DNA from: a bacterium
GTDB lineage: Bacteria > UBP15 > UBA6099
Direction: 5' to 3'
Assembly: GCA_029564595.1 (NCBI GenBank)
Contig: JAKQPS010000037.1
Coordinates: 72,731-136,730, forward strand
Length of the DNA: 64,000 nucleotides
Shown: positions 1-9,990 of the stretch, in pieces
How the letters are laid out: every line of letters starts with the position of its first letter
Position numbering within the stretch: position 1 is the stretch's first letter
Position numbers and translations under genes: made by a program
Notes under the pieces: generated by a model
The model's input: the letters and a program-made list of their open reading frames with translations, nothing else
Told to the model about the DNA's origin: nothing
Database searches by the model: none

Positions 1-800
1 AGCGTGCTGGTCGTGAACGGGGCCTGCGGCCTGCGCTTCTCCGAGCGTTTCTTGATATCTTTCACCGCGTAGGAGCAGGCTTTCAGCGTTTCCACCAGCC
101 CAGCCGCCTGTCCCTCGTTCTCTATCTTCGTTTCCTCATCCTTTGATTCCGCGCCGTCCGACGAACCGAAGTACACGGCTTCGAAATCCTGAGCGCCCGC
201 GTCCCGGCCTTTAAAAGTCCCGGTTATCTTCCAGTACTCGTCCGGTTTGAACTTTTCCACTTCTTCCTCGCGCTCGCAGATGAGGCGGAGGGCGACGGAC
301 TGCACTCTGCCCGCGCTCAAGCGGCTGTTGTTCAGCGCGCGCCACAGCAACGGGCTGACCTTGTAGCCCACCAGCCTGTCCATGACCCTGCGCGCCTGTT
401 GCGCGTCCACCAGATTCATGTCTATGGTTCTCAAATTGCCGAGCGCTTCTTTAACCGCCTTCGGCGTTATTTCGTTGAACGACATTCTGGTTATGTTCTT
501 GTTAGGAAACAGGCGCGCCAGATGCCACGCGATGGATTCCCCTTCGCGGTCAGGGTCGGTCGCCAGTATTACTTCTTCGACGTCTTTGGCGTCCGCCTGC
601 AACTGTTTGATGAGCTTCCCGCGTCCCGGAGCTATCTGATAGCTGGGTTTGAACCCGTTGTCCACATCTATTCCAAGCTCTTTAGCGGGAAGGTCGTATA
701 TGTGGCCGAGGCAGGAAGTCACCTCGTATTGTTTGCCGACGATTTTGCCGATGGACTGTGTCTTCGCTCTGGATTCGACAACGATTAATTTCTTTGCCAT
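1..800 (-). CDS. topA: DNA topoisomerase I (5' part; runs off window start)
   Basis: Manual minus-strand translation from ATG at 800: MAKKLIVVESRAKTQSI..., TOPRIM motifs (GHIYDLP, ATDPDREGESIAWH), QQARRVMDRLVGY, SAGRVQS; downstream of dprA as is usual. Confidence 0.95.
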   Translation of the reverse strand, partial: MAKKLIVVESRAKTQSIGKIVGKQYEVTSCLGHIYDLPAKELGIDVDNGFKPSYQIAPGRGKLIKQLQADAKDVEEVILATDPDREGESIAWHLARLFPNKNITRMSFNEITPKAVKEALGNLRTIDMNLVDAQQARRVMDRLVGYKVSPLLWRALNNSRLSAGRVQSVALRLICEREEEVEKFKPDEYWKITGTFKGRDAGAQDFEAVYFGSSDGAESKDEETKIENEGQAAGLVETLKACSYAVKDIKKRSEKRRPQAPFTTST

Positions 801-921
801 TATTGTGCCTTCTCCTCTATATCGAACAGATATCCTTATTATGCCGCGATTTTTCCGCCGCGCAATTTTCTAATTATGAGCGCCCGCAAACAAATAGTCA
901 CGCTTTCCGGGCAAAAAAAGG

Positions 922-2112
922 TCAGCGCCCGGCGCGGGCCGCCATATACGTCTGGCCCGGCAACTGGCGCGCCGCCCCCTTCATTTCAAGCATCATCAGG
1001 GCGGAGGACGCCTCGCCCGCCGAGCATGACAGCCTCGCGCAGATGTCGTCGAACCGCGTTGGCCCTTCCTCTTTCATCAGGTCGTAAATCCGCTTCTGAA
1101 GGCCGTCCAACTCCGGTTGCGCGCCGAGGCTCAGCTCCGGCTGTCCGTCCGGCTCTCCGAGAGCCTCCAGAATCTGGCTCGCGTTCTCCGCCAGATGCGC
1201 TCCGTTCCTTATCAGCCAGTGGCATCCCCCGCTCGACGGATGGTTGACGTCCCCCGGAACGGCGAACACTTCCCGCCCGTGCTCTGCTGCGTGGCCGGCG
1301 GTTATCATCGAGCCGCCTTTGACTGCCGACTGCGCCACCACAACGCCCCGCGACAATCCGCTTATTATCCTGTTGCGCCTGTGGAACTGATTCTTGTTTA
1401 TCGCTTTCATACCGAGAGGGAATTCCGAAATAACCGCGCCGCAAGCGGCGATCTCGTCGGCCAGTTCGACATGGTTGGAGGGGTAGGGGTGGTCTACGCC
1501 GACGGCTTTGACGGCGAAGGTGCGGCCGCCGGCGTCTAGGGCCGCGCGGTGCGCCGCCGCGTCTATCCCGTGCGCCAGCCCGCTGACGACCGTCCATCCC
1601 GCGCCGGCCAGTCCCGCCGATATGTCCTCCGCCGCTCGTCTGCCGTAGCCGTTGCAACGCCGCGTGCCGACAATCGCCACCGCTCTGTCGTCTCTTTCAA
1701 GGATATTCCCGCGCGCGTAAAGAACCGGCGGAGGGTCGGGGATATCCCGCAACCGCCGGGGATAATCGTCATCCAGCAGAGTGAAAATTTTTACGCCAGT
1801 CTCTTGCGCCCGCTTCAGCTCCTGAGAGCCGTCCTCGCGGCGGCGAAGGTCGAGCAGCTTGTCCAGAACGTAAACAGGTTTCTCAGCCGAGTCTTCGCCG
1901 AGGTTCAGCTCGGCGTTCCTTGAATAGGAGCGACCGAACGCTCCGCAGCCCCGCAAATCCTTCTCGGATGCCCGCCAAACCTCTCCCGCCCCGCCGAATA
2001 TCTCCGTCAGCCGGATGAACAACCCCGGCTCCATGCCCTCCACCTGATTGAGGGCTATCCAGCTCAGGCGGTCCGTTTCACGAACGCCCTGTCTGTCCGC
2101 GCCTTCAGTCAA
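922..2112 (-). CDS. dprA: DNA-processing protein DprA/Smf
   Basis: YPRRLRDIPDPPPVLY, AIVGTR, VSGLAHGID, FHRRNRIISGL, C-terminal winged helix; adjacent to topA. Confidence 0.95.
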   Translation of the reverse strand: MTEGADRQGVRETDRLSWIALNQVEGMEPGLFIRLTEIFGGAGEVWRASEKDLRGCGAFGRSYSRNAELNLGEDSAEKPVYVLDKLLDLRRREDGSQELKRAQETGVKIFTLLDDDYPRRLRDIPDPPPVLYARGNILERDDRAVAIVGTRRCNGYGRRAAEDISAGLAGAGWTVVSGLAHGIDAAAHRAALDAGGRTFAVKAVGVDHPYPSNHVELADEIAACGAVISEFPLGMKAINKNQFHRRNRIISGLSRGVVVAQSAVKGGSMITAGHAAEHGREVFAVPGDVNHPSSGGCHWLIRNGAHLAENASQILEALGEPDGQPELSLGAQPELDGLQKRIYDLMKEEGPTRFDDICARLSCSAGEASSALMMLEMKGAARQLPGQTYMAARAGR

Positions 2113-2184
2113 TTCCCCGTTCCGTTCCGGATGATGCTCTCTTTGACCGGATTCTCAAAAAAAATCCGGCTCGTTCACATCCTG

Positions 2185-2439
2185 TCACTTTTTTGAATCG
2201 GCTATCGAGCAGGAAGAGCCGGAGTCGCACGACCCGCACCCTCCGCCGTTGCCGCCGCTCTTCTTCTTGCTGTCCGTGCAATAGAACCCGCTGCCCTTGA
2301 ACAGGACTCCGACAGCGCTGAACACTTTATTCACCTTGCCCCTGCACTCAGGGCATCTTTGTTTCGGCGGGTCGTTCACTCCCTGCTCGACCTCGAAAGC
2401 ATGGCCGCATTTCTGGCATTCATACGCATACACCGGCAT
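2185..2439 (-). CDS. FmdB-family zinc-ribbon protein
   Basis: MPVYAYECQKCGH...CPEC...FKGSGFY with Cys-rich tail. Confidence 0.9.
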   Translation of the reverse strand: MPVYAYECQKCGHAFEVEQGVNDPPKQRCPECRGKVNKVFSAVGVLFKGSGFYCTDSKKKSGGNGGGCGSCDSGSSCSIADSKK

Positions 2440-2617
2440 AACTGTTTCCCTCCTGTGGCTCCCACAAGCTGTTTAGTCCGCATTTGCCCACAATGCGGGT
2501 TCCCGGAAATCCCCGGGCAAAAACCGAATCAGGCGCGCTCGAACGCGCCAGACTACTTATATACATTAATAACGCGCGGAAATCAAAAAAGTTTCAGGAA
2601 ACCTGTTTTTAGCCGCG

Positions 2618-3523
2618 CTACCGGCTTGGAGCCGGCGCCGCCGGGGCGGCAGGTTCGGCGCTCGCGCTCTTGCTCTGCCCGCCTCCGGTCGTCAACGCGA
2701 TGACTCCTATCACTATCATCCCGGCTCCCGCGTACTGCATCGGCGTGAGCGTCGTGCCGAATATGAATATCTCGAACACCATCGGGCTGATTATCAGGAA
2801 CGAGTTGACGGTGGGCACGATGACAATGCCCGTTCCGTGGAAAAAGGCGAGGTTGGTCATCACGAAACCGATATTGCCCAGAATCAGGAAGGCGACCCAC
2901 GGGTAGGCGGTCTTGAACTGAGCCATCGTCGAGCCGTCGGCCACGATGGGGCCGATGTGGTAGAAGATGTTCATGAAACCGAGGCCCATCCCGGCTATGG
3001 CCGCGTATAAGAACGCTCTGCCCCGGTTAAGTATTTTCGTAAAAAGCAGGGCTGCGCCCGCGAACACCGCGAACCCGCCCAGACACCAGTACATCGGCCC
3101 GGCATAGAAGAGTTTTTCCGCAGACGGCACGTTGAAATACGATATCACCGAAGTCCCCGCGCCGATAAGCAGAACCGACGCCCATTCGCGCGGCCCCACT
3201 CTTTCCTTCAGCACGAACAGCGAAAACAGAGCAAGCCCCACCAGCCCCACGCCGCTCATCGACGTCACAAGCGACGTCTTGTCCGACAGGTTCTGCGCCA
3301 CAAGCACGAGCACGCCTGCAACGAACGTCAGAGACATCCCGAACAGCCATATAAGGAAATCCCTCCTGTGCGGCGGTTTCAGCATCGCCTTGCCCTTTTT
3401 CAGCACTTCCACTTTCATCTTCTGAACGGCTTTGCCGATGTTGAGAGATATCGACGCGGCCGCCGCCACGCTCAACGCAAGCGCCAGCGTCCCCGCCGCT
3501 TCCTGTGTCGCCATTGAATCCAT
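2618..3523 (-). CDS. DMT/EamA-like (NIPA Mg-transporter-like) membrane protein, paralog 1
   Basis: About 9 hydrophobic segments, LKERVG motif; start placed at ATG 3523 after GGAGG; clear paralog of 4916..5779. Confidence 0.75.
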   Translation of the reverse strand: MDSMATQEAAGTLALALSVAAAASISLNIGKAVQKMKVEVLKKGKAMLKPPHRRDFLIWLFGMSLTFVAGVLVLVAQNLSDKTSLVTSMSGVGLVGLALFSLFVLKERVGPREWASVLLIGAGTSVISYFNVPSAEKLFYAGPMYWCLGGFAVFAGAALLFTKILNRGRAFLYAAIAGMGLGFMNIFYHIGPIVADGSTMAQFKTAYPWVAFLILGNIGFVMTNLAFFHGTGIVIVPTVNSFLIISPMVFEIFIFGTTLTPMQYAGAGMIVIGVIALTTGGGQSKSASAEPAAPAAPAPSR

Positions 3524-3712
3524 CTCTGAACTTCCTCCGTCAAATTTCGATAAGTATACAGCGCCCGCCGCGCTTTCCGCCCGTCCCGGCGTGAAATTGT
3601 TCATCCGACGGTTGTCGGACCTCACACGCGGCTTGTTATTATCCGGCAGGGAATGGCCTATAATCTTCCAGCGCGTATAATTGCGTCAGAAGCGGCGGTT
3701 TCGGAGGCCGGC

Positions 3713-4675
3713 ATGGTTATGAACAAAGAAAGAATAGGGTTACTTGATATATTCGGGCTGAAGCCGCTGGACGCGGCTCTGGCGCAGGCGGGCAGGGCGG
3801 TGTTCGGCAATAACGATATCCCGCCTACCAACTGGGACCTTTCTTCAATCAAAGTTTTCAAGCCTCATATTTCCATCCCGACTTGGCTCGGCGTGAAAAT
3901 ACACGGCGACAAGGCTCCAGTCTACAACCTGTTCAATCGCAATATGCGCGGGCCGGATGAGCCGTTCTCGGTGAGGGTGACGGATTGCGAGGATTTCCGG
4001 GGAGGGCAGTGGACGTACGACAGCCACCTCGGAACGGATTTCGCCATCCCGGTCGGAACTCCTGTGGCGACTTGCGCGCCGGGGCTGGTGATGACGGTCA
4101 AACGGCAGTTCGACCACGGCGGGCTTAAGGTGTTCGTGGACCACGGAGACGGGTTGCTGACAACATACGCGCATCTGTCCCGCGCGCTGGTCGGGGCGGG
4201 GGACATCGTGCGCAGGGGGCAGGCCATCGGGCTGTCCGGCGCGGCGGGCATGGAGCTTCTCATGTTCTTTCCGTGGGTGGCTCCGCACGTTCACCTGAAT
4301 GTGGTTCTGAACGGCAATCCGGCGGACCCGTTCGGAGCGGGCGGCGGAGAGGTTCCTCTGTGGAGGACGGGAAACGACCCCACGCCATTCAAAGAGTCCG
4401 GCGCGCGGGCGGACGAGCGTTTCGAACCGACGGCGTGGAATCCGGCCCTACTTGACGCCGCCATCGACGACTGCTCGGACGCCGCCGAGCGCGACTACTT
4501 TCGCGGGTTCCCCGACATCGTCGAGCGCGCCGCCGAAATCCTGAACCACCGCATGTTCTTCACTACGATTTTCAAGGACTTCCCGCCTCTGTACGAAAAA
4601 GAGTATCCGCGCCGCCCCGCGCTCGACCTGCCTTTTCTTGAATCGGACTACTCAGGCGCGAAGTTGCCTGACTGA
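3713..4675 (+). CDS. M23-family metallopeptidase
   Basis: HLGTD (HxxxD), TTYAHL, PHVHL (HxH) motifs; GGAGG before ATG 3713. Confidence 0.85.
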   Translation: MVMNKERIGLLDIFGLKPLDAALAQAGRAVFGNNDIPPTNWDLSSIKVFKPHISIPTWLGVKIHGDKAPVYNLFNRNMRGPDEPFSVRVTDCEDFRGGQWTYDSHLGTDFAIPVGTPVATCAPGLVMTVKRQFDHGGLKVFVDHGDGLLTTYAHLSRALVGAGDIVRRGQAIGLSGAAGMELLMFFPWVAPHVHLNVVLNGNPADPFGAGGGEVPLWRTGNDPTPFKESGARADERFEPTAWNPALLDAAIDDCSDAAERDYFRGFPDIVERAAEILNHRMFFTTIFKDFPPLYEKEYPRRPALDLPFLESDYSGAKLPD

Positions 4676-4915
4676 CGCAAGTCCGCCGTTCATATCATTC
4701 AGCCCAAAATGTATCGGCTTTCAGCGAGTAGCGCGGGATTGCCGTTTCGCGCCAAGTCGAGAGCTGAGCGCGATTTTGCTTGCCCTGCCGCGCGAACGCG
4801 TGTAAGATACTTTATCCCGCGACCCCGCGGAGGGCGCGAAGACCACATCAAGAGGCGCGGCCGGGGAAACTGCGACAACTCTCCCCGGCAGGCTCCCGGA
4901 CAAAAGGCGGCTGTC

Positions 4916-5779
4916 ATGGACGAAACTCTCATCATCGGCATTCTCGTGGGGTGTCTGGCTTCAATCACCATGAACCTCGGCAAGGGCATCCAGAAAATGA
5001 AAGTTCAGGTGCTCAAGACCGGAAAGGCGATGCTCAAACCTCCGCTCAGACGCGATTTCATCATCTGGCTTATCGGCATGCTGATGACAGGGGCCGCCGG
5101 GCTGCTGTTCACCGCCGCCCTCAAAATGACTGACAAACCGTCCGTCGTTTCGTCTCTTAACGGCATCGGACTGATAGCGCTTGCCGTGTTCTCGGCGGTC
5201 GTGCTCAAGGAAAAAGTCGGCGCCCGCGAGGCCGGAGCCGTCGCCCTCATTATCATCGGCACGGGCTTCTTCCAATACTTCAACGTGGCTTCTGACAAAT
5301 CATCGTCGTTCAACCTGTCCTCTCTCCTGCTGAGTCTGGCAGTCTGCGCCGCTATCTACGCCGCAATGGTGGTCATGGCCCGCAAAATGAAGAAGGGACA
5401 GGCGTTCGTGTACGCCGCAATCGCGGGCACTTTCCTCGCCTACATGGTGGTTTTCTTCGATATCTCCGGAGTTAAAAACGCCGGACGCCCCTTCATTTAC
5501 ACGATTATTTCCCTCTATTTCCTAATCGGGTTCTTCCTCGGCAACGGCGCGTTCGTGTTCACCAACATCGCTTTCTTCCACGGCAGCGGCATCGTAATCG
5601 TGCCGACTGTCAACTCTTTTATGATTGTCATGCCTATGGTTCTTGAGTTCGTCATCTACCGGGTGTCGATTTCCCCGATCCAGCTCCTGTGCGTACTGCT
5701 GATTGTGGCCGGCGTCATCATCCTGACCACCAGCAAAGGCCACGAGGTCAAGGAAACTCCTCTCCCCGCCGCGGCTTAA
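4916..5779 (+). CDS. DMT/EamA-like membrane protein, paralog 2
   Basis: Multi-TM; shares NLGKGIQKMKV...RRDF..W and AFFHG.GIVIVPTVNSF with paralog 1. Confidence 0.75.
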   Translation: MDETLIIGILVGCLASITMNLGKGIQKMKVQVLKTGKAMLKPPLRRDFIIWLIGMLMTGAAGLLFTAALKMTDKPSVVSSLNGIGLIALAVFSAVVLKEKVGAREAGAVALIIIGTGFFQYFNVASDKSSSFNLSSLLLSLAVCAAIYAAMVVMARKMKKGQAFVYAAIAGTFLAYMVVFFDISGVKNAGRPFIYTIISLYFLIGFFLGNGAFVFTNIAFFHGSGIVIVPTVNSFMIVMPMVLEFVIYRVSISPIQLLCVLLIVAGVIILTTSKGHEVKETPLPAAA

Positions 5780-5809
5780 GAAGCCGTTTGGGCGGGTTGA
5801 AAAACTGAG

Positions 5810-6169
5810 TTAAGGGAAAACTTTTGAAAAAGCTTTCCCTTAAAATCCCTTTCAAAACTTTTCATGCTAGCGCCGAATGCGGGGCTTCGCCTCCGCCTTC
5901 GGCGCGTGTCAATGAAAAGATTCTGGCAAAGGTTTTCAGTGGAATCTTGCACATAAACGATTTCACATCATGCTTTGCGTAACCGCAACCGTAGGGGCGA
6001 CCCTTGCGGTCGCCCGAAATGTTAAAAGGGCGGGGGCAAGCCCCGCCCCTACGATTACGATTTTACATGGGGCGTCGAGAGGGAAGCGCGAAAGCGATTC
6101 ACTCCAGACGACCATTGAAACGTTTTGAAGAGATTCAAAGAAAAACTTTTTCAAAAGTTTCTCTTTGGC
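5810..6169 (+). repeat. Structured palindromic intergenic repeat, family 1, copy A (with ~100-bp insert)
   Basis: Aligns to 22197..22470 (+) and 14202..14474 (-); terminal hairpins TTAAGGGAAAAC..GCTTTCCCTTAA and CAAAGAAAAAC..GTTTCTCTTTG. Confidence 0.9.
5991..6052. repeat. GTAG-family REP doublet (REPIN-like) nested in family-1 copy A
   Basis: GTAGGGGCGACCCTTGCGGTCGCCC ... GGGCGGGGGCAAGCCCCGCCCCTAC: two inverted GTAG-tagged palindromes. Confidence 0.8.
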
Positions 6170-6210
6170 TTTTCATTCTTCTATTTTGATTCTTTGTTTT
6201 TTGCCGTTTT

Positions 6211-7035
6211 TCACTTCTGTTCAGCGGCGACGCGGTCGCGGCCGATCTGGAAGAAAGGCTCGGCGTAGTCGCTGTTCCATGTGCGGGCTTCGAACGAGCG
6301 GTTTTTCACCAGATTGAGGAAGCCTTCAAACTCTTTGAAGTAAGAGCCGTAGATGTGGAAGCTGTCGGAGATATCGACGTAGCGGCCGACGGCGACCGGG
6401 GCGCCGATTTTTTCAGCCACGCGTTCCGCTATGACCCGCATGAGGTCTGTCAGCGCGAATATGTTCATGAAAGCGGCTTTGTAAGCGTCTCGCGAGCGCC
6501 AGTGCGTGTTCATGTTGAGGATGTACGAGCGGGAGCCGGGAGCGGTCTCGGTCAGTCTGAACCAGAGGCGTTGGAGGCAGGGCGGGTCGTCGGTGGGAGC
6601 GTCAAGCAGCGGGTTCCACGTTATCGCCTGCGCGCGCCTTGTTATCGGGCTGGCAGCCAAGCGGTCCACCGAGTAGGCTATCTGGTCCACATGCTTGCCC
6701 TCGATTTCGTAGTCGAAGAGGCGTTTGTGATAGGTGTAGGTCCATTTGCCGGCGGCAGGGTCGATCCAGTGGTCGTGAACGCCGTCCACCACTTCGAGGC
6801 GGTACACCTCAAGCTCTTCGAGTCCGGCGGGGAACGCGCGGTGGATGCGCGGCTCTGCGAACGGGTCCTCGACGACCATCATCATGGTGCAGTCGCGGCT
6901 CGGCGGGTCGCCCGGCCTGTCGTACTCGGTGTGTATCTCAATGCCGTTTTCCCACGCGGCGATGACTGATTTTTCCCATGCTTCCGGCAGAGTCGCTCCA
7001 GTGACCGCAAGCGCCGGCACGTTTCCCGTCTTCAT
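6211..7035 (-). CDS. thyA: Thymidylate synthase (short, archaeal-like ThyA)
   Basis: YTYHKRL, TRRAQAITW, PPCLQ (catalytic Cys), RSRD..AFMN, DSFHIY. Confidence 0.85.
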   Translation of the reverse strand: MKTGNVPALAVTGATLPEAWEKSVIAAWENGIEIHTEYDRPGDPPSRDCTMMMVVEDPFAEPRIHRAFPAGLEELEVYRLEVVDGVHDHWIDPAAGKWTYTYHKRLFDYEIEGKHVDQIAYSVDRLAASPITRRAQAITWNPLLDAPTDDPPCLQRLWFRLTETAPGSRSYILNMNTHWRSRDAYKAAFMNIFALTDLMRVIAERVAEKIGAPVAVGRYVDISDSFHIYGSYFKEFEGFLNLVKNRSFEARTWNSDYAEPFFQIGRDRVAAEQK

Positions 7036-7075
7036 TGATTTCCGCCTCCGTTCCCGCGCGGTTTTCCCGCGCTCG

Positions 7076-8131
7076 TCAAGCTTTTTCCTTCGGGTAAGAC
7101 CCGATGGACTTCAGAACAATCGTTTCGCGCCGCATGTCCCTGAGGGCGGCTTTGACGTTTTCATCGCTCTCGTGTCCTTCCAAGTCGACGAAGAACATAT
7201 ATTCCCAGCGGCCCGTCGGAGACGGTCGGGAGAGCATCATAGTGAGGTTCAGGTTGTGTTTTTCGAACGACTTGAGCGCGCGGTACAGAGTGCCCGGCTC
7301 GTGCCGCACGGAGAATAGAGCGGACGTCTTGTCGTCGCCGGACGGCAGGTTCTTTTCCCTGCCCATGACGAGGAATCTGGTTTTGTTGTCGCGGTGGTCC
7401 TCGATGCGGGGGCGGATGATTTTAAGTCCGTAGATATCCGCCGCCAGTTCGCCCGCCACCGCCGCCGCGCTCTTGAACCTCGCGGCCCGCTGCGCCGCGA
7501 CGGCCGTGCTGCTCACCTGTTCGATCTCCTTGCCGCGCGCGTTGCGTTTCAGCCATTCGGCGCACTGTTCCAGAGCCTTCGGGTGCGTGTATATCTTTTT
7601 TATTTCCTTGAAGTTGTCGTGTTTGGCCATCAGGTTGAGGGAGATTTCGCTGTAAATCTCGCCCACCGCCGCCAGCGGAGTCGTCGCCAGCCTGTCGAGG
7701 GTGTTGTTGACCGCGCCCTCGTTCGAGTTCTCGAACGGGACCACCCCGTAGTCTGCCAAGCCCTTTTCGACGTCGTCGAACACCATGGAGATGTCCTCGC
7801 AGGGGCGTTCGATTACGTTGGAGCCGAATTTTTTGAGAGCGGCGGCGTGGGAAAATGTCGCTCGCGGGCCGAGAAACGCCACTGTCGGGAGTTTCTGAAG
7901 GCCCCGGCAGGCGGAAAGAATCTCGCGCCAGACCGCCTCGATGCGCGCTTCGTCCAGCGGCCCTTCGTTAAGCTCCGCCAGACGCGCGATGATTTTTTTC
8001 TCTCTAGCCGGGTCGTAATTAGTTCTCTTGAACCGGGCCGTTTGCAAGGCAAGCTCCGCTCGCTCAGACAACAGTTTAAGAATCTTCTCGTCGACGGCGT
8101 CGATCTGCCGCCTGATATCCGACTTGCCCAT
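7076..8131 (-). CDS. pheA: Chorismate mutase/prephenate dehydratase (P-protein)
   Basis: RRQIDAVD CM domain, LGPRATFSH, PFENSNEG, NKTRF, ACT domain SRPS...EYMFFVD. Confidence 0.95.
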   Translation of the reverse strand: MGKSDIRRQIDAVDEKILKLLSERAELALQTARFKRTNYDPAREKKIIARLAELNEGPLDEARIEAVWREILSACRGLQKLPTVAFLGPRATFSHAAALKKFGSNVIERPCEDISMVFDDVEKGLADYGVVPFENSNEGAVNNTLDRLATTPLAAVGEIYSEISLNLMAKHDNFKEIKKIYTHPKALEQCAEWLKRNARGKEIEQVSSTAVAAQRAARFKSAAAVAGELAADIYGLKIIRPRIEDHRDNKTRFLVMGREKNLPSGDDKTSALFSVRHEPGTLYRALKSFEKHNLNLTMMLSRPSPTGRWEYMFFVDLEGHESDENVKAALRDMRRETIVLKSIGSYPKEKA

Positions 8132-8334
8132 TTGGCCCTCCAGCCGCGCCGCGTTGCGCGCCAATCCGGTTTCCGTCCCGTCCGCTTCCGCGCGCGGCTT
8201 GCAAAGATTCTAGCAATTCCCGTCCCCCGTGTAAACGCGCCGCTCGCCGCGTCGTCGCGGCATAGAATTATTGCTTGGGGCGGGACGCGCTTCTTGCGCC
8301 GTCAAGGCGGCGCGAATCCTGTTTCATTGCGCGC

Positions 8335-8360
8335 CGTCATTCCCGCGAAAGCAAGAATCC
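8335..8360 (+). repeat. Degenerate CGTC-family REP palindrome
   Basis: CGTCATTCCCGCGAAAGCAAGAATCC resembles the CGTCATTCCCGCGAAAGCGGGAATCC-type REP. Confidence 0.55.
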
Positions 8361-8396
8361 CTTTTCAGCAACAGAAGCGTTTTTTCGTTCCCCTCA

Positions 8397-9014
8397 TTAA
8401 ATGTCTATGCCGAATGTTTTTTCGAGGGCGGATACAAGAGCTGACACCGGAAGCCCGACGACGTTTGAGTAAAGTCCGTCGACTTTTTCCACGAACAGGG
8501 CGGCGCGCTCCTGAATTCCATACGCCCCGGCCTTGTCGAAAGGCTCTCCCGTCTCCACGTACGCGGCTATCATCGCGTCGTCGAGGTCGCGGAACGCCAC
8601 CAGCGTGGTGTCTACGAAGAAAGCGCCCCGGCTCGGATCGTCGGACGCGGAGAATGCGACGCCGGTGTGCACCTTGTGCGCGCATCCGGAAAGCGAGCGG
8701 AGCATGCGCCGGGCGTCGGCGGCGTCGGCGGGTTTGCCGAGCGTCAGCCCAGCGGCGTCCACCACCGTGTCTGCGCAGACGACGGCGAATCCGGGTCGGC
8801 CCGCCGCCGTTTCGAGCGCGCGACCCAGTTTCAAGCGGGCGGATTCGAGCGCAAACACCGCCGGGTCGGCTCCTTCCGGCGCCCCCGTCTCAATATCCGA
8901 GTAGTCCGCTCTGAGAACTTCGAAATCCACGCCCGCCCGCGTCAGAAGCTCCGCGCGTCTGGGCGACGCCGACGCGAGCAGTATTTTTCTGCCGCCGAAA
9001 GTTTTGATCCACAT
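8397..9014 (-). CDS. maf: Maf nucleotide pyrophosphatase (YhdE type)
   Basis: LASASPRRAELL, ADTVV, GKP, DKAGAYGIQ, NVVGLP. Confidence 0.95.
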   Translation of the reverse strand: MWIKTFGGRKILLASASPRRAELLTRAGVDFEVLRADYSDIETGAPEGADPAVFALESARLKLGRALETAAGRPGFAVVCADTVVDAAGLTLGKPADAADARRMLRSLSGCAHKVHTGVAFSASDDPSRGAFFVDTTLVAFRDLDDAMIAAYVETGEPFDKAGAYGIQERAALFVEKVDGLYSNVVGLPVSALVSALEKTFGIDI

Positions 9015-9162
9015 GCCGCCTCCCGAGCCGACGCGCCTTCGCGCGCTCAGCCTTATATGATAGCCTCCCCGCGCCCTCGTTTTCTAGAGATTGCCGCCCG
9101 ATTTTGTTTCAGCCCGGATTGTTGTATATTTATCTCATAGTCACGCCGGAGGGAGCGATGTT

Positions 9163-9990
9163 ATGTCAAGCGCAAAGATGGACGCCAGAATAATCGAGGC
9201 ATTCGCGGGCGACCGCACGCCGAAGTTCCTCGCCACCATATCCCCAGACGGAGTCCCGAACATCGCTCCGGTCATATCGCTCGAAGCTTGGGACGAATCG
9301 ACTCTGATTTTCGGCGAACTGATGATATGGAAGACCAAGGCAAACCTTCTTTCGAATCCCAAGGTTGGGGCCTCCGTCCTGACGGACGACATGAACTGTT
9401 GGACGGTAAGAGGCGTGTTTCAGGGGTTCGAGCGGACCGGAGAGCGGTTCGAAAAGATAAGCATGAACGACATGTTCAGGTACAACGCGTACACCGGAGT
9501 GCGGAATGTGGGCGTGATAAAAGTCGAGTCCGTTCGCCGGGTGAAAGGGATGGTGTCGCCCGCGCGGCTGTTGGAGATGGGGTACGGGTCGCTGAGGGCG
9601 CGAGGAGTGAAATTCGATCGCACAGGCCCTATGCCGCCGCAGGTCACCGAAAAATTTTCCCGCGTGAAAGCCGCAAAACACATCTGTTACGCGGACTCCG
9701 ACGGATACCCTCTTTCGCTGCCTTCGATAACGATGTTTCCGACCGGGCACGGAGCGCTAGAGTTCGGCGCGGCCGAGATGAAGGATTTCGCCGGGGCATC
9801 GCCCGCGCTGCCGTTGCGCGCCGCCGCCGCCATCATCACTTCAGACCCTGTCGCCTATCAGATAAAAGGAACCGTCTCCGCATCAAAAAGCGCAGCCGGG
9901 CTTCGCCTCGCCCGACTCGACGTTGAAGATGTTTATTCATCGTCTCCGCCTGTTCCCGGAAAAAGGATTAATATTCGCGTCGCTGACTAA
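9163..9990 (+). CDS. Pyridoxamine-5'-phosphate-oxidase-like split-barrel protein (tandem domains)
   Basis: KFLATISPDGVPNI, KTKANLLSNPKV; second degenerate repeat (YADSDGYP...YQIKG). Confidence 0.75.
   Translation: MSSAKMDARIIEAFAGDRTPKFLATISPDGVPNIAPVISLEAWDESTLIFGELMIWKTKANLLSNPKVGASVLTDDMNCWTVRGVFQGFERTGERFEKISMNDMFRYNAYTGVRNVGVIKVESVRRVKGMVSPARLLEMGYGSLRARGVKFDRTGPMPPQVTEKFSRVKAAKHICYADSDGYPLSLPSITMFPTGHGALEFGAAEMKDFAGASPALPLRAAAAIITSDPVAYQIKGTVSASKSAAGLRLARLDVEDVYSSSPPVPGKRINIRVAD

Noticed and set aside
7394-8914. 506-aa + strand ORF and many similar long antisense ORFs (e.g. 28417..29379, 10636..11748, 35449..36312)
   Set aside because: Shadow ORFs opposite well-supported genes, expected in high-GC DNA
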